Under the pieces are notes generated by a model, which was not told where the DNA came from, ran no database searches, and was given only the letters and a program-made list of their open reading frames with translations. Positions 9,298 to 16,209 of a DNA stretch of 32,000 bases are shown here, piece by piece; position 1 is the stretch's first letter; every line of letters begins with the position of its first letter. The stretch lies in the NCBI GenBank assembly GCA_942492995.1, contig OW818653.1, positions 1,620,001 to 1,652,000 on the forward strand, read 5' to 3'. Source of the DNA: an uncultured Erysipelotrichaceae bacterium (lineage in GTDB: Bacteria; Bacillota_I; Bacilli_A; Erysipelotrichales; Erysipelotrichaceae). The position numbers and the translations under genes were made by a program.

Positions 9298-9321
9298 GGG
9301 ATAAAATATTATCCCTTTTTT
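9298..9321 (+). terminator. Intrinsic terminator after rsmI
   Basis: GGGATAA-aata-TTATCCC hairpin followed by TTTTTT. Confidence 0.85.
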
Positions 9322-9332
9322 ATAATATATCA

Positions 9333-9384
9333 TTCTACAAATGTAGAAATAATTGTTGATATTTATAAACTACAGATGTAGAAT
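9333..9384 (+). promoter_or_regulatory. Promoter of the blaI-like operon with two BlaI/MecI-type dyad operators
   Basis: Dyad 1 is TTCTACA-AA-TGTAGAA (9333-9348). Dyad 2 is CTACA-GA-TGTAG (9370-9381). The -35 TTGATA (9356-9361), a 17-nt spacer and the -10 TAGAAT (9379-9384) place dyad 2 over the spacer and -10. The TACA-N2-TGTA core matches the staphylococcal bla/mec operator core. Confidence 0.7.
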
Positions 9385-9474
9385 GAAATTAGGAAGTATT
9401 TGGGTGGGGGGAGTGAGTGACGTTAAACAATAAATAATGTGTATTTATTTGTATAAAAATAAAGGAGAATCAAA

Positions 9475-9840
9475 ATGAAGAAACTATCTGAATGTGAATT
9501 TGATGTAATGAAGGCAATTTGGGAAAGTGATGGATATATCGCTTCATCAGAGATTGTAGAAAAATTAAGTAACCGTTGGAAACAAACCACTGTCTTAACG
9601 TTCTTATCGCGTTTATGTACGAAGGGCTTTCTTGAATCAAAGAAAAAAGGTAAAGAGAACTTATATAAGAGATTAGTCGAATCATCAAACTACTTAAAGT
9701 TTGAAGGGGATGATTTAATGCGTCGATACGATAAATCGAGTGCGTTAAACCTTATTCAATCAATGTATCAAGATGAGCCGATTAGTGATGATGAATTGAA
9801 TGAAATTATAGATTGGGTTAAGAATCGGAGACAAGAATAA
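9475..9840 (+). CDS. BlaI/MecI/CopY-family winged-helix transcriptional repressor
   Basis: 121 aa. LSECEFDVMKAIWESDGYIASSEIVEKL...TTVLTFLSRLCTKGFL is the family signature. SD AAAGGAG upstream. Followed by an M56 sensor-protease gene. Confidence 0.88.
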   Translation: MKKLSECEFDVMKAIWESDGYIASSEIVEKLSNRWKQTTVLTFLSRLCTKGFLESKKKGKENLYKRLVESSNYLKFEGDDLMRRYDKSSALNLIQSMYQDEPISDDELNEIIDWVKNRRQE

Positions 9841-11810
9841 TGAAGGATCTATTTCAAATCATTCTTATTAACAGTATCCAAATAGCTTTGTTAATGATGA
9901 TGGTACTTGGAATTAATACACTTTTAAAGAATTACTCTGAACAATTAAAGTTTACATTCCTTAAATGGGTATTAGTTCTATCGTATATCCCAATTAAGTT
10001 TTCATTTAATCTATTCCGCTTTGACACAACATTATCAAACACGATTAATACGACACTCCAAAACGTTGCACAATCGATGACAATGGTTCGATCAACCCTT
10101 GAAAGAGTACAGTTCAATAGTGCAATTAATGTGAATGTATCTCTGTTGGATGGTGTTATTGGAATATGGGTACTAGGTGCACTCATAACCACAATAATTA
10201 GTGTAATAAAGCTTATAAAAACACATCGATTTATCCAACGATGGGGGATAGAAGTTGATGATGAGAAGAAAGAATTATTTAATCAATTAGTGAATGAGAA
10301 ACAATTAAATAATATCAAACTCATTCAATGTGATACGAATCTATATGCGTTTACATATGGACTATTTAATCCAATTATTGTGGTGAATAAGAATGTTAGT
10401 ATTCAAGATTTTAAGTATATTATTAAACACGAATTAGAGCATATTGTGAGTAAGGATTATCTATTTAACAGTTTAATGTTAATTAGTTTATCGATTCATT
10501 GGTTCAATCCTATCTTCTGGATTTTCTCTAAACAATTAACGAAACAAATGGAACTTAAATGTGATGAATGTGTCCATCAAGACTTGGCGATTGATCAAAA
10601 GAAAGAATACAGTCAAACCATACTTACCATCGCAAAACAATTACGTTTAAATGAATCGAACTATTTACTTTCTTCAATTACCCAAAAAAAGTTAATAAAG
10701 GATCGCATTCAAACCATCTTTAGTAATAAAGAGAATCGTTTTAAGACGATTATTCAGATATCAGTTGTACTAATTATCATTGTAGTTGGGACATTTAATC
10801 TACTAACTGATACAGTAGAATCTATCTTGATAAAACCGTTGGAATACGCCAAACTTTATTCGTTTAATATTAGTGATGAAAAGATTAGTGTTTATAAAAT
10901 TAAAAATGATTTATCGATGAACTATTTAAAAGATTATATGAATCAAATGTCTGGAAATGATGAATTGTTCGATGATTATCTTATGAATTATGTTGAAAAG
11001 AAGTTAGTGATATACAATGACATCACTTCTCAAGTTGGTTTTACTTATTTACCAAAGGCAAATGAATGTACGATTGATTGGATAGAAACGATTGATAATA
11101 AAGCGTATTCAAATTCAATTAAACTATCATTTCTACCGATTGAACCGAATACTTTAGCTGTAAATGAAGTATTTAGTGAAACAATTAGATTAAGAGATGA
11201 ATTATCAAAGCACTTCATCTCTACAAAGATAAGTAGTCTAAATGATAAAGAATTAGCCTCAACAATCACTTCTGTGTTAGTATCGTTGAACTCAAGTTTA
11301 AAACTTGATTCTGTAAGTAAAAATAATCCAAATGAAGTATATATTAATCATACAAATGAAGTTTTAAATTTTAATGATTATGTTGAAGAAGAAGGTTTGA
11401 AATTCTATATTGCGGATATGAGTTATTTAGAATTATCGAAATTATCTAAATCTGAAATCTATCAATCAGTTGGGGCTGAATTGTCTGAAGATATTTTATT
11501 AGAAACCAGCGATAAACAGTATGTACGCTTAAGCAATCAAGATATTGCGAATATTGTTGAACCGATTGAGATTAATGAATGGATTATGTCTGTTGGAGTA
11601 AAGCTAAATCAAAATAAGAGTTTGGAAAAGATTAAGGATTCAAAGGAATATGAGAATACAATTCGGGAAATAGTAAATACGATATTAAATCATGAATTAT
11701 CAATCGATTTATTAAGTAGTAGAGTAGATAAGATAAAAAATCAATTGTCCAACGCATTTGATATTAATCGATCCGATTTATATGTGGAAATAATCACAGT
11801 AACTGATTAA
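9840..11810 (+). CDS. BlaR1/MecR1-like M56 membrane metalloprotease with a non-canonical ~330-aa extracellular C-terminal domain
   Basis: 656 aa. The start overlaps the blaI-like stop (TAATG). It has N-terminal TM helices, the zinc motif KHELEHIVSKD (HExxH), and a further TM (FKTIIQISVVLIIIVVGTFNLL). The C-terminal domain is Asn/Ser/Glu-rich and has no K[TS]G box. Confidence 0.8.
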   Translation: MKDLFQIILINSIQIALLMMMVLGINTLLKNYSEQLKFTFLKWVLVLSYIPIKFSFNLFRFDTTLSNTINTTLQNVAQSMTMVRSTLERVQFNSAINVNVSLLDGVIGIWVLGALITTIISVIKLIKTHRFIQRWGIEVDDEKKELFNQLVNEKQLNNIKLIQCDTNLYAFTYGLFNPIIVVNKNVSIQDFKYIIKHELEHIVSKDYLFNSLMLISLSIHWFNPIFWIFSKQLTKQMELKCDECVHQDLAIDQKKEYSQTILTIAKQLRLNESNYLLSSITQKKLIKDRIQTIFSNKENRFKTIIQISVVLIIIVVGTFNLLTDTVESILIKPLEYAKLYSFNISDEKISVYKIKNDLSMNYLKDYMNQMSGNDELFDDYLMNYVEKKLVIYNDITSQVGFTYLPKANECTIDWIETIDNKAYSNSIKLSFLPIEPNTLAVNEVFSETIRLRDELSKHFISTKISSLNDKELASTITSVLVSLNSSLKLDSVSKNNPNEVYINHTNEVLNFNDYVEEEGLKFYIADMSYLELSKLSKSEIYQSVGAELSEDILLETSDKQYVRLSNQDIANIVEPIEINEWIMSVGVKLNQNKSLEKIKDSKEYENTIREIVNTILNHELSIDLLSSRVDKIKNQLSNAFDINRSDLYVEIITVTD

Positions 11811-11817
11811 AATGAGA

Positions 11818-11842
11818 AAGAAGCGAAATAGCTTCTTTTTTT
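11818..11842 (+). terminator. Intrinsic terminator after the blaR1-like gene
   Basis: AAGAAGC-gaaata-GCTTCTT hairpin followed by TTTTT. Confidence 0.8.
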
Positions 11843-11924
11843 GTTAAAAAATTGTAGTGTAAATATATTGCGATATAGTACATTAAAAACTAATATAATG
11901 AGATAGTAAGAAACAAGGTGTAGT

Positions 11925-12359
11925 ATGAAAAAAGTACTGTTTTTTGGTATAGCTTTGATTATTGTTGTTTCAACTTACGGGATTATTACGAACTATAATC
12001 AAAAATATACATCAGTTATTAAAAAAGATTGGTCTATTGATCTTCCCAACTCATATGTAGAACTATATAGTATCGAAAGCGAGACTAATTTAAACGGGGA
12101 TAGTCAAAGATTTCATGTATTTAATTATGAAAATGATAGTGACTTAAGTAAAATATTAAATTGGAAAACAATTCGAGATACTAAACTAGAAAACGAAATA
12201 AATCGAATATTAGAGAAATTAAGTGTTGTGGAAGAGTACACAATAAATTTTGAGAATAAGTATAGTTACTTTACAAAAGTTAAAGCGGATTTCTCCAAAA
12301 TATATTTAGTCTTTATAGAAGAGTCTAAATTACTATATGTTGTCGAGGATAATTACTAA
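11925..12359 (+). CDS. Small membrane-anchored or secreted protein, function unknown
   Basis: 144 aa. N-terminal hydrophobic segment MKKVLFFGIALIIVVSTYGII with no lipobox Cys. SD AAGGTG upstream. It has its own terminator. Confidence 0.6.
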   Translation: MKKVLFFGIALIIVVSTYGIITNYNQKYTSVIKKDWSIDLPNSYVELYSIESETNLNGDSQRFHVFNYENDSDLSKILNWKTIRDTKLENEINRILEKLSVVEEYTINFENKYSYFTKVKADFSKIYLVFIEESKLLYVVEDNY

Positions 12360-12372
12360 TAAGTTATTCAAA

Positions 12373-12396
12373 GGAAGTCCAAAAGACTTCCTTTTC
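12373..12396 (+). terminator. Intrinsic terminator after the 144-aa gene
   Basis: GGAAGTC-caaaa-GACTTCC hairpin followed by TTTT. Confidence 0.8.
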
Positions 12397-12445
12397 TATC
12401 CAGTAATTATAATATTACATGTCTTTTAATTAATACTTTTGGTAA

Positions 12446-12472
12446 ATAAAAAACTACTCTATAAAGAGTAGT
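12446..12472 (-). terminator. Intrinsic terminator after the sulfatase gene (minus strand)
   Basis: ACTACTCT-ataa-AGAGTAGT hairpin. On the minus strand it is followed by a T7 run (A-run 12446-12452 on the + strand). Confidence 0.8.
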
Positions 12473-12477
12473 CAATA

Positions 12478-13944
12478 TTATCTTGAATCTCTACGATTGG
12501 GGACATAATCTCCTGTTTCAATCATAAATTGGAGTAAACGCTCTTTGAAACGTTGAACATATTCTTTATAAGATTCATCATAAATCAGATTATTCAGTTC
12601 AAGAGGGTCCTTATCCAAGTCATATAATTCATGTGTTTCATATAAACGATACGTATACTTCATGTTTCCCATTCGAATCATGATAGCTTTAGTATGTTCT
12701 GGACCTTCACTGTATTGCGTAGATAATCTAGGCCAGTAAGGGGAGTTCTCGTTATGTCCGAGCTCCATGGCTTGTTTTTCTCCATGTATTCGGCCACCTT
12801 CACAGAATACCGCATCTTTATGGAATGGGTTACCTGCAATTGCTTGCCGTAATGATTTACCAAACTGAGTATAGGGTAATTCAATGTCTGCCATATCAGT
12901 TATAGAGGCACATAAATCTACGAGTTCAACTAAAGCATTTGATATACCTACTTTAACATCGAACTGTTTAGCAGGTTTTACAAGAAGCGGCACATTACTA
13001 ATTGGGTTCTCAAATAAGTTTTGAGCTTTTTCTGCGACATCATAGTCTGTTGTAAAATCGCCGTGATCACTAAAGACAAAGATTGAAGAATCATCATAGA
13101 AATTATGTTCTTTAAGCTTATCTCTAATTAATCCATATTGATGATCAAATCGCGATACCATCGCAAGATAGGTCGCACGAAGTTCGGTAAACATTTCTTC
13201 ATCCCAAACATCTAATCCTTGTTTGCGAGCAATTTCATTTAACATACTTGCTTTATTTTTAAGTGTAGAAACACTTGGGCGTCTAGGATCAAGTTTAGAT
13301 CGATCAATAGAACTATACCAAGGGTCTTCACAAACATAAGGTGGATGAGGAAACATAAGCGTGATGTATAAGAAGAATGGTTTATCATCTTTCTTCTGAG
13401 CTTTACGATCAAGATAGTTTAATGCATTTTCAATACATACCCAATCTTGATTAACGAAGGTCATCGAACGATCCGCTTTACCAATGTAAAACGAATATAA
13501 ATCTGGTCCAATATCAACTGATTGAGAATGTGATGAGAAATGAGTTGGTTTTTGAGGTTCAACTTTGTTTAAGTGATCATTCCCATCGTAGTATTCATCA
13601 CAATAATCGGATTTTGATTTATTCGCTGGAACTACATCATTACGACCAACCCAAATAACTTCGTAGCCATTTTCTTTCATAACTTTTAAAATATTCGGAT
13701 CATCATCTCCTTGTAAGAAGTGCATTGTACGATGACCAGTTGTATGTGGATATAAACCTGAAAGAAAACTATTGCGGGACGGAACACAAACCGGATTTTG
13801 ACAATAAGCATTTCTAAAGGATACACCATCATTTTGTGCTAGCGAATCAAGATTTGGGGTTATGGATGCGTCATTTCCCATGTGATGCATGGAATCTGAG
13901 CGCATTTGATCAGCTACGAAGTATACAATATTGGGTTTTTTCAT
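12478..13944 (-). CDS. Cys-type sulfatase (formylglycine-dependent), apparently cytoplasmic
   Basis: 488 aa. Sulfatase signature CVPSRNSFLSGLYPHTTGH (C-x-P-S-R). The N-terminus PNIVYFVADQMRSD starts directly in the catalytic domain, with no signal peptide or TM helix. SD AAAGGTGA upstream, 24 nt after the EIIC stop. Confidence 0.9.
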   Translation of the reverse strand: MKKPNIVYFVADQMRSDSMHHMGNDASITPNLDSLAQNDGVSFRNAYCQNPVCVPSRNSFLSGLYPHTTGHRTMHFLQGDDDPNILKVMKENGYEVIWVGRNDVVPANKSKSDYCDEYYDGNDHLNKVEPQKPTHFSSHSQSVDIGPDLYSFYIGKADRSMTFVNQDWVCIENALNYLDRKAQKKDDKPFFLYITLMFPHPPYVCEDPWYSSIDRSKLDPRRPSVSTLKNKASMLNEIARKQGLDVWDEEMFTELRATYLAMVSRFDHQYGLIRDKLKEHNFYDDSSIFVFSDHGDFTTDYDVAEKAQNLFENPISNVPLLVKPAKQFDVKVGISNALVELVDLCASITDMADIELPYTQFGKSLRQAIAGNPFHKDAVFCEGGRIHGEKQAMELGHNENSPYWPRLSTQYSEGPEHTKAIMIRMGNMKYTYRLYETHELYDLDKDPLELNNLIYDESYKEYVQRFKERLLQFMIETGDYVPNRRDSR

Positions 13945-13968
13945 TATGTCACCTTTTTCTATTCGAAA

Positions 13969-15270
13969 CTAAACTGATTTTTCGTCTGCTAATGCCTTTT
14001 TATCTAGCATAAGCGCAAATGGGTAGTAAATAAAGAAGCATACAACAATTAATCCAAGTTGAACTAAAGCATGTAACCATCCACCAGCAATAAATGCGGA
14101 GAAGATAACTGGAGTTCCAGTAGGAATATTTACGCCATTAAGTGGAGTTAAGATTCCAACAACTCTTAATAGATAGGAAATACCGAAACTAACAAGTGGT
14201 GCTAATGTAAATGGAATGATAAGTAGAGGATTCATTACAACAGGAGCTCCAAATGTAATTGGTTCATTGATTCCAACTAAACTTGCAGGAAGTGCTAAAC
14301 GACCAAGAGATTTATAACGTTTGCTCTTCGCAAAGAATGCCATCCAAATCGCGAAGCCTAGGGTAGCACCACCACCACCAATCATACCGAAGATAAACCA
14401 GTCTGATTGAACAATCATATTTGGCATAGCTAATCCTGCTTCTAAAGCAGCTAAGTTTTCTAGGTTTAATGGTGTATATAGAGCAGTGATAATTGGCATA
14501 ACAATTAGACCACCATGGATTCCAAAGAACCAGAAGAATGATACTAAGACTAAAGCTAACATAAATGTAAATGGACTAGCTGCTAATGATTTTAACGGTG
14601 ATTGAATAACAGTATATAAGAATGTGTTAAAGTTACCGAAATCAGTCAAACTAAATCCATATCGAACAAACGCAAAGAGTATCGCAATAATAAATGTTGG
14701 AATTAAACTTGAGAAAGAGTTAGCGACCATTGGAGGAACGCCTTCAGGCATTTTAATAATCCAATTACGATCAATTATGAAACAATAAATACGAGGAACA
14801 ACCAATCCAAGTAAGATAGCTGTGAACAATCCTGGAGATCCAAGGAATGTTGTGGATAATGCTCCAGCAATTGTGACTGCTTCTTTACTTTCAGCCGCAA
14901 CACCAGATACACCAAGAGGAATCATCATTAAGAATACGAATAATGTGACGATACCAGCTGTTGTACTATGTTTTTCATGACCAAGTTTTTCAGCCATTGC
15001 TTTCGCAATAGAGTAAACAGCGTAAAGTGCTAACATATTTGTTGTTACACCTGGGACATAACCGAAGATAACTTTAAGTCCAACAGATGTAATAAATTCT
15101 TGGTAAACAGGAATCTGTAAACTTCCTAATAATGTTCCAATCGCTCCAAGAATAGTAATAGGCAAAATCGTCATAAATCCAGACATGATAGCTTGTAAAG
15201 ATTTGTTATTCGCTACTTTATCAGCGAAAGGTAAGACATACTTCTCTAAAGATGCTGTAAATTTATCCAT
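13969..15270 (-). CDS. PTS EIIC component, lactose/cellobiose (type 3) family
   Basis: 433 aa polytopic protein. The N-terminus MDKFTASLEKYVLPFADKVANNKSLQAIMSGFMTILPITILGAIGTLL is typical of cellobiose/chitobiose-type EIIC. No EIIA or EIIB gene lies in the locus. Confidence 0.85.
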   Translation of the reverse strand: MDKFTASLEKYVLPFADKVANNKSLQAIMSGFMTILPITILGAIGTLLGSLQIPVYQEFITSVGLKVIFGYVPGVTTNMLALYAVYSIAKAMAEKLGHEKHSTTAGIVTLFVFLMMIPLGVSGVAAESKEAVTIAGALSTTFLGSPGLFTAILLGLVVPRIYCFIIDRNWIIKMPEGVPPMVANSFSSLIPTFIIAILFAFVRYGFSLTDFGNFNTFLYTVIQSPLKSLAASPFTFMLALVLVSFFWFFGIHGGLIVMPIITALYTPLNLENLAALEAGLAMPNMIVQSDWFIFGMIGGGGATLGFAIWMAFFAKSKRYKSLGRLALPASLVGINEPITFGAPVVMNPLLIIPFTLAPLVSFGISYLLRVVGILTPLNGVNIPTGTPVIFSAFIAGGWLHALVQLGLIVVCFFIYYPFALMLDKKALADEKSV

Positions 15271-15293
15271 TTAATTCTCCTTTAAGTAATTAT

Positions 15294-15316
15294 GAATGCT
15301 GGTACCGGTTACATTC
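15294..15316. promoter_or_regulatory. Candidate operator in the EIIC-sulfatase leader
   Basis: GAATG-CTGGTACCGGTTA-CATTC is an inverted repeat flanking a GC-rich core (overlapping GGTACC and ACCGGT) inside an otherwise AT-rich spacer. It sits just downstream of the predicted -10. Confidence 0.35.
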
Positions 15317-15323
15317 TACATAA

Positions 15324-15352
15324 CTTATACCGTGCATTTTATTCACTGTCAA
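15324..15352 (-). promoter_or_regulatory. Sigma-A-type promoter for the EIIC-sulfatase operon
   Basis: On the minus strand: TTGACA (15352-15347), 17-nt spacer, TATAAG (15329-15324). Confidence 0.65.
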
Positions 15353-15423
15353 TAACTTTTTGAAATATATTTTAGTATTATGAATAAAATGAAATACATT
15401 TTAGTTTGTGAGAGTAAATAATG

Positions 15424-15432
15424 TGATAAAAT
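15424..15432 (+). promoter_or_regulatory. Extended -10 element immediately upstream of rpiR (possible leaderless transcript)
   Basis: TG-A-TAAAAT. The hexamer ends at 15432 and the A of the rpiR ATG is at 15439, the expected +1. No Shine-Dalgarno sequence is present. Confidence 0.45.
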
Positions 15433-15438
15433 ATTTAC

Positions 15439-16209
15439 ATGAACAATTCACCAATCGAGCTAATTAATTTAAACCTATATAAAATGACAAAGAAGGAACG
15501 AGTTATTGCGGAATACATCCTTGAAGATCCACATAAGGCGATTCAATTTTCTGCAGAAATGATTGCGGAACAAACGCATACTTCAAAAGCTGCTTTTATT
15601 CGTTTTTGCCAGAAGCTTGGGTTTAATGGATACGCTGAATTCAAATTTGCATTATCTAGATCACTAGTTGCATATGTGAACTATGTCGATGATAATAATC
15701 CAATAAACCAAATTACCCAATCGTATTCGAATTTTATCCTTCAAATTAATTCAATGGTTACAAAGGAACAAGTCTCAACAATATCGAAACTTGTAATTTC
15801 GGCACGAAAACTTAAAATATTCGGTATAAATCGTACTGCCTTTAGTGCACATCAATTTAGAATGCGATTAGGAAAGATAGGATTTGATGCGGAGTTTTGT
15901 GATGATACAGTCACAATGCGAGACATTATTGAATATCTTGGACCAGAAGATGTTTGTATTATATTCTCGATAAAGGCAATGCCTTCAACTTATGGAGATA
16001 TTATTCCAGAACTAGTTAGTAATGGTGTAAAAGTTGTCTTATTAACGATGACTCCAAACAATAAGTTTGCTGAAGATGTTACACATATGGTAACGCTCCC
16101 TTATATTTCAAAATCATCATCAAAAGCATTTCTAGATGATCAAGCTATTTTCTTTGTATTTATTGAAATCTTACTTAATGAAATAGCTAGAGAGAGTAGT
16201 AATGTCTAA
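15439..16209 (+). CDS. RpiR/MurR-family regulator (HTH_6 plus SIS phosphosugar-binding domain)
   Basis: 256 aa. ERVIAEYILEDPHKAIQFSAEMIAEQTHTSKAAFIRFCQKLGFNGYAEFKFAL is the RpiR HTH. The C-terminal half is SIS-like (KLKIFGINRTAFSAHQF...). Divergent from the PTS-sulfatase operon. Confidence 0.85.
   Translation: MNNSPIELINLNLYKMTKKERVIAEYILEDPHKAIQFSAEMIAEQTHTSKAAFIRFCQKLGFNGYAEFKFALSRSLVAYVNYVDDNNPINQITQSYSNFILQINSMVTKEQVSTISKLVISARKLKIFGINRTAFSAHQFRMRLGKIGFDAEFCDDTVTMRDIIEYLGPEDVCIIFSIKAMPSTYGDIIPELVSNGVKVVLLTMTPNNKFAEDVTHMVTLPYISKSSSKAFLDDQAIFFVFIEILLNEIARESSNV

Noticed and set aside
3580-9333. Track ORFs 3580-3849(+), 6212-6424(-), 7889-8188(-), 8780-9001(-), 8931-9140(-) and 9145-9333(-).
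   Set aside because: They are alternative-frame or antisense ORFs nested in gpmI, tmk, ricT and rsmI. None has a recognisable motif or RBS, and 9145-9333 runs through the rsmI terminator.
11310-11321. SVSK tetrad (an SxxK match) in the BlaR1-like C-terminal domain, as possible evidence for a penicillin-binding sensor.
   Set aside because: It is an isolated tetrad with no K[TS]G box and no convincing SxN in the right spacing. It is expected by chance in a Ser/Lys-rich domain.
9470-12884. Track ORFs 9470-9688(-), 9932-10192(-), 11045-11269(-) and 12678-12884(-).
   Set aside because: They are antisense or off-frame within blaI-like, blaR1-like and the sulfatase. Long spurious ORFs like these are expected in AT-rich DNA.
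15291-15306. cre (CcpA) site in the PTS/rpiR spacer (TGAATGCTGGTACC).
   Set aside because: It mismatches the cre consensus TGWAANCGNTNWCA at several invariant positions, including the central CG.
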